A stretch of DNA of 64,000 bases. It comes from Opitutales bacterium. Its GTDB lineage: Bacteria > Verrucomicrobiota > Verrucomicrobiia > Opitutales > PNEW01. Location of the stretch: assembly GCA_963692525.1 (NCBI GenBank), contig OY829953.1, positions 3,475,108 through 3,539,107 on the forward strand, written 5' to 3'. Shown one piece after another: positions 47,726 through 57,884 of this stretch. Position 1 is the first letter of the stretch. Each line of letters begins with the position of its first letter. The notes beneath the pieces were generated by a model. The model was not told where the DNA came from and made no database searches. It saw nothing but the letters and a program-made list of their open reading frames with translations. The position numbers and the translations under genes are program-made.

Positions 47726-49107
47726 TGTCTGATTACCATTAATACTTTATGGCGCTTATTTTCTATTCTAGCGACCACAGCTTTGGCCCATTCTGTGATA
47801 TCTCCTGCACCTATAAAAAGCAAAACTGAAGGTGCTTTTAATATTTGTTCAAGACTGTCGCTCAATTCTTCTGTCGAAGTAACAATTCTGTCCTCTGAGA
47901 TGTCTGGTAGAAGTTTGAGCAGATCAGCGCTCGTCCCTCCCTCAAGAGGGCTCTCATTTGCCCCGTAGACATTGAGAAGGTAAAATTCATTTGCTTTTTT
48001 CAGGACTTCCGCAAATGCCTCTTTATAGTGAAGGGTTCGCGAATAGCGATGGGGTTGGAAAACAATGACTATTTGATTATCGGGGTAGTCCTCACGGATA
48101 AAGTTTAAGAGGGCTCCAATCTCTTCAGGATGATGCGCATAATCTTCATAAACAGTTAATTGAGGATCGCTATAGAGAAGTGTCTGCCGACGCCATATAC
48201 CGGGAAAAAGTTCAAGTGTATGCTTATCAAGATGTGCTGTCAGGTACTGCGTTACCGCTAATGCGCCCAAAGCATTGAGCGCGTTAAAACGCCCAGGTAC
48301 CGGCACCGATACTTCACTATCAGCAAAACGTCCACTTAATTTTAATGATAGGTTTTTACGGCTCTTTTCTAAGATTATACCCGCGTAATCACCATCCTCC
48401 CCGAAACTCAACCGATCAGCGGTAATATTATCTTGAGATATTTGCTCTAAATATTTGCAGTCCGCCGGATAAAAAACGGTTTTTTCAGTCCGCTGGAAAA
48501 GTCGCTGAAAAGTATTTTCCAATTCACCTGGATTTGGATATTGATCTGGATGATCCCAATCAAAATTTGTCGTAAGTGTTATTTCCGGAGAAAATTCGTT
48601 TATTGTTCCATCACTTTCATCGATCTCTGCGATCACCCACTCGCTTTCACCATTAAACTTCGCGGGCAAGGTGTAATTATCATTGAATAAGGCCCCTAAA
48701 ATATAACCAAATTTAAATCCCTCTTTTTCCAGCGCAGAGATAAGCATACCTGAGGTTGTCGTTTTACCGTGACTACCTACTACAGCGATGAGCTTTTTAT
48801 CCGCTACCGCGCGGGCTAGCATCACTCCCCGCTTCATTAGAGGTAATTTGAGGACACTCGCGGCACGATAACAGGGATGACTTGCATCAACTGCGCTTGA
48901 ATAAACAACGGCATCAATGTCTTTTGTAATCTCAGGTTTCGACTCTATATTGATATCATTCTTCTCCAGAAGCTTTGATATCGAGCTACTAATATTATCA
49001 TCGTAGCCACTGATTTTATGTCCACCGCTTCTCAAATAGAGCGCCAAGGGGGCCATGCCCATACCCCCGATTCCGATCATAAATAAACTTTTCATCCTCT
49101 CGCTCAT
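47722..49107 (-). CDS. murC: UDP-N-acetylmuramate--L-alanine ligase
   Basis: IGIGGMGM, GSHGKTTTS, EIDESDG, DYAHHPEEI, FQPHRYSRT, GAGDI. Confidence 0.95.
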   Translation of the reverse strand: MSERMKSLFMIGIGGMGMAPLALYLRSGGHKISGYDDNISSSISKLLEKNDINIESKPEITKDIDAVVYSSAVDASHPCYRAASVLKLPLMKRGVMLARAVADKKLIAVVGSHGKTTTSGMLISALEKEGFKFGYILGALFNDNYTLPAKFNGESEWVIAEIDESDGTINEFSPEITLTTNFDWDHPDQYPNPGELENTFQRLFQRTEKTVFYPADCKYLEQISQDNITADRLSFGEDGDYAGIILEKSRKNLSLKLSGRFADSEVSVPVPGRFNALNALGALAVTQYLTAHLDKHTLELFPGIWRRQTLLYSDPQLTVYEDYAHHPEEIGALLNFIREDYPDNQIVIVFQPHRYSRTLHYKEAFAEVLKKANEFYLLNVYGANESPLEGGTSADLLKLLPDISEDRIVTSTEELSDSLEQILKAPSVLLFIGAGDITEWAKAVVARIENKRHKVLMVIRQ

Positions 49108-49118
49108 TCTCTTATAAG

Positions 49119-50237
49119 CTATTGCCCTTTGCCGTTATCCTTCTTGGCAAATTCAGATGAAAGTTTTTCAAGATCGCAGGCGATCAATTCGGCACTATTA
49201 CTTAAATTTAAGCGCTGAAGGTTTTGTCTGAATTTATCTAAAAGCCAATCGTTATAAATAAGTTCAATAACTTCACTATAGAGGCTGCTGATTTGACTTT
49301 GTTCAATCGTCAAACTCCCACCCAGTTGTTCGAGAAACCGCGCGTTCGCGAGTTGGTGGTTATCTGTCGCAAAGGGGTAAGGCACGAGAACAGAGGGCGT
49401 CCGGCATTGCATTAATTCAGCGATTGTTCCCGCGCCCGCTCTTGAGAGGACCAGATCTGCCGCCGACATGAGACCACCCATGTTATCACAAAAAGTGGAA
49501 TAATAAGCTTTTACTACCTCATTGGAGGTCGAGCGATATTCAAAGACCCCGTTATTCCCTTTTCCTAAACCGGTTACACAATAGACGCTGATTCCTTCAG
49601 CGCCTAACTTTTCAAAATTCGCGTTAACCCATTCGTTAAGCGCCTGTGCGCCCTGGCTTCCGCCTATAACCACAAGTAATTTACCAGTAACATCGATGCG
49701 AAGATTGCTACGCGCATTCTCTTTTGGAGTGCGTCGAATTCCCTTACGCAATGGATACCCAAAATGTTTAATCGACTGCAAGGGAACTCCGGCTAATTGT
49801 ACCCCTTCAGGGAGATATAAACGTTTGGCTAATCCCCGCAGGTAACGAGTTGCTTTTCCCGGCTTGCGATTGGCCTCATGAATAGCAACTGGGCAGCCGT
49901 GAATGATTCCCGCGACGGTAATTCCGGCCGTAATAAATCCCCCAAAAGCAACAATCGTATCGGGGCGTTTATTGCGTAATAACTTGAAGGAAAAAATGAG
50001 TAATTGAAATTGCTGAATGAAAAATTTAATGAGTCGCAAGGGACTGAAGGAAAAAGCTGCTCCCGGTGCGCGCACAAAATCAAGCTCTGGATACTTTCGG
50101 GTTAAACGCGAATCGACTTCTTTTTTACTAATAATAAGCCAACAGCGGTGCCCCTGTTCAATGAGCCTTTCTGCGAGAGATATGCCAGGAGCCAGATGCC
50201 CGCCCGTGCCGCCACAGGATATTAGAAAGTTGCTCAT
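49119..50237 (-). CDS. murG: Undecaprenyl-PP-MurNAc-pentapeptide GlcNAc transferase
   Basis: GGTGGHLAP, HEAN, GGSQGA, SRAGAGTIAE, HQLANA; ATG at 50237 overlaps the ftsW stop. Confidence 0.95.
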   Translation of the reverse strand: MSNFLISCGGTGGHLAPGISLAERLIEQGHRCWLIISKKEVDSRLTRKYPELDFVRAPGAAFSFSPLRLIKFFIQQFQLLIFSFKLLRNKRPDTIVAFGGFITAGITVAGIIHGCPVAIHEANRKPGKATRYLRGLAKRLYLPEGVQLAGVPLQSIKHFGYPLRKGIRRTPKENARSNLRIDVTGKLLVVIGGSQGAQALNEWVNANFEKLGAEGISVYCVTGLGKGNNGVFEYRSTSNEVVKAYYSTFCDNMGGLMSAADLVLSRAGAGTIAELMQCRTPSVLVPYPFATDNHQLANARFLEQLGGSLTIEQSQISSLYSEVIELIYNDWLLDKFRQNLQRLNLSNSAELIACDLEKLSSEFAKKDNGKGQ

Positions 50238-51361
50238 AGTTCTCGAGGTTTTCGCAGGGCTGATCGATTCCACTCCTGGAGATAGTTTAAAATAATTCCG
50301 ACAAGGAAAAACATACAGACAAGATTAGACCCTCCATAACTAATAAAAGGCAGCGACATACCTTTGGTTGGAAGGCATCCCGTAACAATGCCGAAGTTAA
50401 GCAGAGCCTGAAGAGTAATAAGCATGAGGGCCCCACTCGCGAAGAGAAATTGAAAAAGGTTTGGCGAACGACGCAGTTGCCATACACCGATTAAAAAAAT
50501 ACCGAGGAAAACAAAGACCACTCCAGTGGTGAAGAAAAATCCTAACTCTTCCCCGATGATGGGAAAAATAAAATCGGTGTGAGCTTCGGGGAGAAATGCC
50601 ATTTGCTGCCGGCCGTTTCCGAGACCTACTCCACTCATCCCACCAGCACCAAAGGCAAGAATGCCCTGCCAAAGCTGATAGGCGCCATCACTCCTGTTTC
50701 CCTCTACATCAAGAAATGCGGTAATACGCTTGAGGCGCACGGGATCGAGAAAAATAGCTATGCAGAAAAGAACTCCACTAATAAATACTGAGGGGATAAG
50801 GTATATAAGTCTCACACCAGCAAGAAAGAGAAGGGTAAATCCAATCACGCCGGTGAGGAAAGCAGTACCAAAATCCGGTTGTAAGAGAATTAATACAACC
50901 ACGGATCCAATGATCAGAGAGGGAATAAAAAACCCTTGTTCAAAGCTTTTTAGAGACCGCTGGTTTTGAGCGAGGTAATGAGAGAGGACAAAGATCAACC
51001 CGATTTTAGCAAAATCGGATACCTGCATATTCATCGGCCCAAGATCCAGCCAACGTCGGGCCCCATTGATTTCGAGACCTATCCCGGGAATGAGGACAAG
51101 CGCCAGCATGATGATTACACTGAGCGCGATAAGCCAGACAAAGGCTCGCATCTTCTCAAGATCAATGAAAAAAGCTGCCGCTGCAGCGACAACCGCAAGA
51201 CAGAGCCATATCACTTGTCGCTGAACGATAAAATACGGATCCGTATATTGAGAATGAGTAACGCTAAAAAGAATTATTAAACCAAGTCCCGTCAAACTTG
51301 CGACTGCAAGAATCAGTGATAAGGCCGGAAGATTTCGTCGAATATTAATCCACCAAGACAT
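50234..51361 (-). CDS. ftsW: SEDS peptidoglycan glycosyltransferase FtsW
   Basis: NGARRW, QPDFGT, LPEAHTDFIF, PTKGMSLPFISYGGS. Confidence 0.95.
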   Translation of the reverse strand: MSWWINIRRNLPALSLILAVASLTGLGLIILFSVTHSQYTDPYFIVQRQVIWLCLAVVAAAAAFFIDLEKMRAFVWLIALSVIIMLALVLIPGIGLEINGARRWLDLGPMNMQVSDFAKIGLIFVLSHYLAQNQRSLKSFEQGFFIPSLIIGSVVVLILLQPDFGTAFLTGVIGFTLLFLAGVRLIYLIPSVFISGVLFCIAIFLDPVRLKRITAFLDVEGNRSDGAYQLWQGILAFGAGGMSGVGLGNGRQQMAFLPEAHTDFIFPIIGEELGFFFTTGVVFVFLGIFLIGVWQLRRSPNLFQFLFASGALMLITLQALLNFGIVTGCLPTKGMSLPFISYGGSNLVCMFFLVGIILNYLQEWNRSALRKPREL

Positions 51362-51383
51362 AGCTCAATTTATTATATTTAGA

Positions 51384-52478
51384 TTAAATGCTACTTTCGG
51401 ATTCGATAGGAATAACGGGGATTTTATCTTCCTCTTCGAGAAGACTACGTTCAAGATCTTCTACGCTTGGGGGTTGACTGTCTTCCCAATCCGGAAACGC
51501 AAAAGGATCCGGTTCCGACTCTTCCCTCTCTGTCTCTATCGAGGGTGTTATACTTCGACTTTCATCTGTGCTTCCGGGTAGCACAATGAGCAATGATTGC
51601 CCAAGCTGTAATTTTCTAGGATCGCTTATCTTATTTATTCGCATTAAGTCCTCAGTCTTTAGCCCATACATGCGGGCAATTAAATTCGGCGTTTCTCCCT
51701 CCTGAACAATATGGATATTCTCATTCCCTAAAGCTGAGGGATCAGTGAGTCTTTCTTCTGAGATATTAATCGACTCAGGAGTATAATTACCCCCACTGGG
51801 AATTTGCAGAATCTGTCCTACCAGGATAACATCACTGCTTAAATTATTTATTCCCTTTATTGCATTAATATTCACATTATAACGCGCTGCGATTCCCGAA
51901 AGTGTATCACCAGGTTCAACCATGTATTCGTTCTCGCTATCCAAAATTGAGAAATCGACAGGGGCATCACCGCTACCTTCAAGTGTTGCATCACCGGGAA
52001 TTACAATCTCCTCACCGACATAGATAGTGCTTTCCTGTGTAAAGCCATTCGCTCTCAGCAAATCGTCAAGGGGGATACCATAGGCATTGGCGATTAACCA
52101 TGGACTATCACCACTTTGAACAGTGTACGTAGTATATGAGGTATCAATCAAATCGCCAAGGGGTTCGAGAATTGAGTCCGTTTCTAATTCTGCCGTCGGT
52201 CGCATAGGCGGATATCTTCCTCCTTTTGCCGTTCGGCGGGAGCTACCGCTAGCCAGCCCCGCATTAAAGGCGGGATCTAAGCGCGTGCTTGGCGGTTGAA
52301 CACGAGGTGGCGATTTCATCGTTTCACCCCCAGGTTTTACGGGTTCTGTCGCTATTGATTCACCTTCTGTTGTCACACAACCAGGCACGATGAGAAGCAT
52401 GCTGAAAACAAGGAGATGTAGGCCTAGAACTATACTGAATATTTTTGATATCTGCATATCGAATTTTTCTTTTTTCAT
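51384..52478 (-). CDS. LysM peptidoglycan-binding protein (3 LysM domains)
   Basis: YTVQSGDS, YMVEPGDTLSGIA, HIVQEGET; N-terminal hydrophobic segment followed by GC (possible lipoprotein). Confidence 0.9.
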   Translation of the reverse strand: MKKEKFDMQISKIFSIVLGLHLLVFSMLLIVPGCVTTEGESIATEPVKPGGETMKSPPRVQPPSTRLDPAFNAGLASGSSRRTAKGGRYPPMRPTAELETDSILEPLGDLIDTSYTTYTVQSGDSPWLIANAYGIPLDDLLRANGFTQESTIYVGEEIVIPGDATLEGSGDAPVDFSILDSENEYMVEPGDTLSGIAARYNVNINAIKGINNLSSDVILVGQILQIPSGGNYTPESINISEERLTDPSALGNENIHIVQEGETPNLIARMYGLKTEDLMRINKISDPRKLQLGQSLLIVLPGSTDESRSITPSIETEREESEPDPFAFPDWEDSQPPSVEDLERSLLEEEDKIPVIPIESESSI

Positions 52479-52484
52479 TATATT

Positions 52485-53774
52485 TTATTTTGTATTAAGT
52501 GGCACTTTTAAACTCATTACCGCGTTCTCGAAACTAGTACCTCGCTGGTCATAATTTTCAAACATGTCCTGACTTGAAAATCCAGGACTAAGCAGGACTA
52601 TATCGTTTGGCTCAGCTTTCTCGAATGCGGAAAATACCGCGTCTTGCATGGTTTCACATCTGTCAGCTGGCGTATTTTTCTCATTAAAACTGCTGGCTAT
52701 TGTCTCTGCCGTTTCGCCGATCAAATAAGCCGATTTAACTTTATCCGCTACTTCCCATGCGAAATTTTTAATGTCTCCGCCTTTAGACAGACCTCCCCCA
52801 ATCCAAATGACTGGCTCATCAAATTCTTTAAGGGCCGCATATGTCGCGGCAAAGTTGGTCGCCTTCGAATCATTCCAAAAGTTGACATCATTAATCACTA
52901 CGACTTTTTCGAGACGATGCCTGCGCGGGGGAAAACGCACCACGGCATCTTTTAAAATAGTTTTCGGATAACCTTCACTTTCCCAGTAGCTCAAGGCCAA
53001 CTGGAGATTATTACGCTGCGGATAGGTGGCAAATACTGATCCATGGGGTATGCTCCATGGTGATTCCTCAGTCTCGGTGACGATTTCAACAAATTCGGGC
53101 ATCTGATAACCAAACTTCTCCGCTGCTTTGGCTACCGATTCACCCGCTATAAAAGATGAGTGACGCAAAGATTTTACCAAATTCCATTTAGCCGAAAAAT
53201 AGTTTTCACAATTCTTATAGCGATCGAGATGGTCTTCAGTGAAATTAGTCCATATTAACGCGTCCGATTTAAAATAATGAATGGATTCAGCTTGAAATGA
53301 ACTCACTTCACAAACAGCCACCTTCCGCTCAGTTGCCTTCAGATCGTGAAGACGTGAAAAAGGGAACCCATTATTGCCGACAGCCAGGGCATCTGTTCCC
53401 TGACGCTTTAAAGCAAAAGATATAAATTCAGTCAAAGTCGTCTTACCGTTTGTTCCGGTAATGGTAATTATTCGACCTTTCCAGAAAAGGGATGCAAAAT
53501 CAATTTCGCCTAAACAAAGACAATCTTCACTGCGCGCGGTTTGTATCCAGGGGTGATTCTGGGGAAATCCTGGACTATAGATAACAAGTGGATGCTCGCG
53601 TGCGTCACTCGAATTAAAAAAATGTCGATCATTCTCTCCGCCGCGTTCATCAAAGCTGAGAAATGAAATATTATGGTGCCTCAGAAGATCCATCACCGCT
53701 CGCCCACTGACCCCGCTGCCAAATAGAGCAACAGGGTAAGCTACCAGACTTTTGATTTCGTTTGGAATACCCAT
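52485..53774 (-). CDS. murD: UDP-MurNAc-L-Ala--D-glutamate ligase
   Basis: SPG, ITGTNGKTT, EVSSFQ, DHLDRY, NDSKATN, LLSPG. Confidence 0.95.
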   Translation of the reverse strand: MGIPNEIKSLVAYPVALFGSGVSGRAVMDLLRHHNISFLSFDERGGENDRHFFNSSDAREHPLVIYSPGFPQNHPWIQTARSEDCLCLGEIDFASLFWKGRIITITGTNGKTTLTEFISFALKRQGTDALAVGNNGFPFSRLHDLKATERKVAVCEVSSFQAESIHYFKSDALIWTNFTEDHLDRYKNCENYFSAKWNLVKSLRHSSFIAGESVAKAAEKFGYQMPEFVEIVTETEESPWSIPHGSVFATYPQRNNLQLALSYWESEGYPKTILKDAVVRFPPRRHRLEKVVVINDVNFWNDSKATNFAATYAALKEFDEPVIWIGGGLSKGGDIKNFAWEVADKVKSAYLIGETAETIASSFNEKNTPADRCETMQDAVFSAFEKAEPNDIVLLSPGFSSQDMFENYDQRGTSFENAVMSLKVPLNTK

Positions 53775-53779
53775 CGCGC

Positions 53780-54880
53780 TTATCTGAGTTTTAACGTGGC
53801 CAAGCCACCAATTGCGAAAATTAATGAGAGAATCCAAAAGCGAATAACGACTTTCGATTCTGCCCATCCCATTAATTCAAAATGATGGTGTATCGGCGCC
53901 ATCTTGAATACACGTTTACCTCGTAATTTAAAGGAAGCCACCTGGGTGATTACAGAGATCGCTTCGATAACGAAAATACCGCCGACGAGGATCAGCGTGA
54001 TCGGTTGATGAACCATGAAAGCAATTGTCCCGAGAAGACCACCGAGTGCGAGAGAACCCGTGTCCCCCATGAAGACCTCAGCGGGATGCGCGTTATACCA
54101 GAGGAATGCCAAGCTGGCTCCTAACATCGCCGCACAAATGACAGCCAACTCACCGGCTCCATTAATAAAACCTATTAACAGGTAATCTGCAATTATGGCG
54201 TGCCCTGTTGAATATGCCATGACTGAATATACCAAAGCTACGGTAACGGTACATCCTATTGCTAATCCATCTATCCCGTCGGTAAGATTTATTGCATTGC
54301 TCGACCCTGAAAGGATAAGGAAAAAGAATATAATTAAAAACCAGTATGGCATTTCATCTATCAGGGGTTGCTTGATAAAAGGAATCCAGAGCTCACGCAT
54401 AAGGGCATGCGTATCTTGATTAAACATCAATAAACCCAAGACAAAGAGAGCGATAATCGCTTGTGACAACAGCTTATAGCGGCTGGCCAATCCTTTGCTA
54501 CTCTTGCGCGATATTTTTAAATAATCATCAAGCAATCCGACTATCGTGAGCCCAACATACACCAGGAGCGCGGTAATGACGTATATGTTTGGCTTGGCCC
54601 AAAGAAGAGAGCTGCTAAGAAGCGCAAAAAAAATAATTAACCCTCCCATTGTAGGTGTATCTTCTTTTTGTGAGTGCAATTCAGCGAGACCACCTACTTC
54701 AGATTCGTCGCGCATCGACTGCGAAAGCTTAAACTTTCGAAGTTTTGCTATAACCCAGGGCGCAATTAAAAAGCCTAAAAAAAGCGCGGTCGCGGCGGCT
54801 AAAACCCCGCGCAGGGTTAAATAGCGGAACAAACGAAAAGGTCCGAAATAATCCTGAAAATCTGCGAGATAACTTAGCAT
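53780..54880 (-). CDS. mraY: Phospho-MurNAc-pentapeptide transferase
   Basis: TPTMGG, DDYLK, NAINLTDGIDGL, FMGDTGS, MAPIHHHFE. Confidence 0.96.
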   Translation of the reverse strand: MLSYLADFQDYFGPFRLFRYLTLRGVLAAATALFLGFLIAPWVIAKLRKFKLSQSMRDESEVGGLAELHSQKEDTPTMGGLIIFFALLSSSLLWAKPNIYVITALLVYVGLTIVGLLDDYLKISRKSSKGLASRYKLLSQAIIALFVLGLLMFNQDTHALMRELWIPFIKQPLIDEMPYWFLIIFFFLILSGSSNAINLTDGIDGLAIGCTVTVALVYSVMAYSTGHAIIADYLLIGFINGAGELAVICAAMLGASLAFLWYNAHPAEVFMGDTGSLALGGLLGTIAFMVHQPITLILVGGIFVIEAISVITQVASFKLRGKRVFKMAPIHHHFELMGWAESKVVIRFWILSLIFAIGGLATLKLR

Positions 54881-56295
54881 GCTTCTCTCTTCTCCAACGA
54901 TTCCTCGGCCATAGGAGGGGGAATTAATTTTTCCAATTTATAGATTCGGCTACCTTTAAGAAATACCGCTCCTTTAAATTCGCTTACACTATCACGAATA
55001 TCATCCAGCGAATTCAATACGCTCACCTCATTATTTTCATTACCTGATAAGCGTATGCCATCACGCATTTCACACGCATAGTCACCTAAGATTAAAACTT
55101 TATCTTCGGGACGTAATTTCAATAGCTGTCCCACTTCATAATGAAGATCAGGTGACTCTTCGCCCAGCTCCGCCATGCATCCAAGAACATAGAGCCGACG
55201 CAGGGTCGGTTCCATTATAGAATTAAAGGCGTTAAAACTATCAGCCATTGAGGCGGGATTTGCATTGTAACAATCGACATAAAAATGTTTCTCTTCGCGG
55301 TGTATAATTTCACCGCGAAGAGAAAGAGGATGCCAGCGAGAAAGTCGCTCCTGAATGTCCGTGTCATTAATGCCCAGTCGCCAGGCTGTTGCGATCGATA
55401 AGCTGGTATTGCCTACCATACCTGGACTGAGCGTAGGAAGATCAAAGTTATGAATAGCATCGGGTAAGACTTTCAGCGTAAGTAACGATTTTCCATCCCG
55501 TGATGTTGATCGCCTTTCCGACCAATAGAGATACTCGTTGTTTTTTTTTATGGGAGTTTCAGTCACGTCTTCGGGTAGAAGGATAACAGAAATGGCAGGG
55601 AAATCCTGAAATGCACGGTATTGGCTACAGTCGTTATTAAAGGCGACCCAGCCGTCTGTGCGCGTGTGACGGCCGAGCATTGCTTTTTCGCGGGCAATAC
55701 TTTCGATCGAGTCAAAAGCCTCAAGGTGCGTGTTTGCCACCATCGTAATTATACTCGCTGTAGGATCGATCATTCGGGAGAGCGGTTCAATTTCACCTGG
55801 TGCATTCATCCCGGCTTCAATAATCGCGAAATCATGATTTTGTGGATCGATCTCAAGAAGCGTTAAAGGCACCCCAAGATGATTATTATAATTCTCGCGA
55901 TTACGATGGACCTGGTTATCCCCTAAAAGCAGCGCGAGGAGTTCTTTAGTCGAAGTCTTGCCACAACTGCCAGTTACACCGATAACAGGCCCGTGGAATT
56001 CCTGTCGGTGATGAGCAGCCATTCTATGTAGCGCGTCCAGTGGATCTTTTACTAGCAGTTGTGGCAGGGGTAAATTAGGGCTGAAACGAGCGACTAAAGC
56101 GCCGCTCGCTCCAGCATTTTTAGCCTTAACCAGAAAATCATGCCCATCTCGATTCTCAGTTTTTATGGCAATAAAAAGTTCACCAGGTTGTAGTGTTCTC
56201 GTATCACACGAAAATCCGGATATCGTTGATGGAACCCCTGATTTCCACTCACCGGAGGTCCATGCCCGCAATTTATCTGGTTTAAAATTTGGCAT
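54874..56295 (-). CDS. murF: UDP-MurNAc-tripeptide--D-Ala-D-Ala ligase
   Basis: DGHDF, VTGSCGKTSTKE, NNHLGVP, DCYNANPASM, KGSR. Confidence 0.95.
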   Translation of the reverse strand: MPNFKPDKLRAWTSGEWKSGVPSTISGFSCDTRTLQPGELFIAIKTENRDGHDFLVKAKNAGASGALVARFSPNLPLPQLLVKDPLDALHRMAAHHRQEFHGPVIGVTGSCGKTSTKELLALLLGDNQVHRNRENYNNHLGVPLTLLEIDPQNHDFAIIEAGMNAPGEIEPLSRMIDPTASIITMVANTHLEAFDSIESIAREKAMLGRHTRTDGWVAFNNDCSQYRAFQDFPAISVILLPEDVTETPIKKNNEYLYWSERRSTSRDGKSLLTLKVLPDAIHNFDLPTLSPGMVGNTSLSIATAWRLGINDTDIQERLSRWHPLSLRGEIIHREEKHFYVDCYNANPASMADSFNAFNSIMEPTLRRLYVLGCMAELGEESPDLHYEVGQLLKLRPEDKVLILGDYACEMRDGIRLSGNENNEVSVLNSLDDIRDSVSEFKGAVFLKGSRIYKLEKLIPPPMAEESLEKREAC

Positions 56296-56300
56296 CCCCA

Positions 56301-57884
56301 CTACTTCTTCTTGATACGTTTAATTCCCAAAAGTTCCCGTGCCACTTGACGGTCATCAAAAGGCACAACTGAATCCTTTATTATTTGAAAAGTTTCATGC
56401 CCTTTGCCTGCGATAAGCACACAGTCACCTGGCTTAGCAGATTCAATCGCTAGATCGATGGCACGTCGTCTATCTTCAATAAATCGAATGCGATCGAAAT
56501 CCTTCAATTCACTCTTCATGTCGGCAAAAATTATGTCCTGTGATTCATTTCTTGGGTTATCAACTGTCGCCCAGGCAAAATCGGCTTGTTCCATAACGGC
56601 ACGCGTCATCATGGGACGTTTTTCTCGATCGCGATTTCCTCCACAGCCAAATACGACAAGTAATCGACCCTTTGTAATCGTGCGCAGCATGGAAAGCGCA
56701 TTTTTCAGTGCGTCATCAGTATGAGCATAGTCGACGAGTAGATTTATTTGTTCATCATTTTCAATGCGTTCCATGCGACCCGGAACACCAGGAAAATCCA
56801 GCAAACGTGCGGCATGGGTTGAAGGATTACGACCCATGGCATAGAGAACGGTAAACGCGGCGAGAACATTGCTCAGATTATAATGCCCCAGTAATCCTGT
56901 TGAGACAGCTTCCGACCCGCCTGGCCAATGCAGGATAAATTGAGAACCTTGGTCATTGAGTTTTACATCCGTCGCGTAAATATCCGCATCGTCACTCACT
57001 CCGAAACTTAGAACACGAAGGTTATTCCCTATTTGTTCTATCAATCGGCGCCCATAAGGATCGTCGCTATTTACAACCGCAACCGACGGTAAACAACCGG
57101 TATCACCATTGAATAATTTACACTTTACTTGAAAATACTCCTCCATCGAATGATGGTAGTCAATATGGTCACGAGTAAGATTTAGAAAGACTGCGATTTT
57201 AAATTTTAATCCGCTCACTCGCTCTTGATCGATGCCATGGGTACTCACCTCCATCACGGCCTCGCGGCATTTAGCGTCACGCATTTGTGACAGCATACCA
57301 TATATATCCGCTGATTCAGGGGTCGTTCTATAAGCTGGTAGCGTGCGCTGTCCGAGATAATATTGAACCGTTCCAATCATCCCAACACTATTACCTGAAT
57401 CTTCCAAGAGATGCTTGAGAAGAAAGGATACCGTCGTCTTGCCGTTGGTCCCGGTGACTCCAATCAGTTCAATATCGCGTTCCGGATTATGATGAAATCG
57501 CCGTGCGACTTCCGCGAGAACACTTCTAATATTATCAACCTGTATACAGTTCACTTTCCTGTGAGTCTTACTTTCTCTCTCAGATATTATGGCGACCGCA
57601 CCGCGATCTATGGCTTCATCAATATGGAGATTACCGTCGGTTTGGAGACCACTGAGCGCAAAAAACAAAGTCCCTGGAGTTGTCCGTCTACTATCTGTAG
57701 AAATCGCCTGGATATTAATATCCGTCTTTCCACTGACATCTTTGAGGGACAGATTTTTTAAAAGGGTCTTTAAGGTGACGTCCATGAATGAAATATATGC
57801 GCTTTTCTTAATAAGCAAAGATAAGCCAACGAGTATTGATAGCTCTCCCCATAAATTGACCCTATTTTCAAGGTAAAGGATCAA
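56301..57884 (-). CDS. murE: UDP-MurNAc-dipeptide--meso-DAP ligase
   Basis: VTGTNGKTT, TTPES, DYAHT, DNPR (DAP-type motif), AGKGHE; start may be 57785. Confidence 0.95.
   Translation of the reverse strand: MILYLENRVNLWGELSILVGLSLLIKKSAYISFMDVTLKTLLKNLSLKDVSGKTDINIQAISTDSRRTTPGTLFFALSGLQTDGNLHIDEAIDRGAVAIISERESKTHRKVNCIQVDNIRSVLAEVARRFHHNPERDIELIGVTGTNGKTTVSFLLKHLLEDSGNSVGMIGTVQYYLGQRTLPAYRTTPESADIYGMLSQMRDAKCREAVMEVSTHGIDQERVSGLKFKIAVFLNLTRDHIDYHHSMEEYFQVKCKLFNGDTGCLPSVAVVNSDDPYGRRLIEQIGNNLRVLSFGVSDDADIYATDVKLNDQGSQFILHWPGGSEAVSTGLLGHYNLSNVLAAFTVLYAMGRNPSTHAARLLDFPGVPGRMERIENDEQINLLVDYAHTDDALKNALSMLRTITKGRLLVVFGCGGNRDREKRPMMTRAVMEQADFAWATVDNPRNESQDIIFADMKSELKDFDRIRFIEDRRRAIDLAIESAKPGDCVLIAGKGHETFQIIKDSVVPFDDRQVARELLGIKRIKKK

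Noticed and set aside
46787..49107. Frameshifted murC-murB fusion
   Set aside because: The junction is an ordinary ATGA stop/start overlap and both proteins are full length.
51384..52478. LysM gene inside the dcw cluster as a novelty
   Set aside because: A LysM gene between murD and ftsW is already known in PVC-group dcw clusters.
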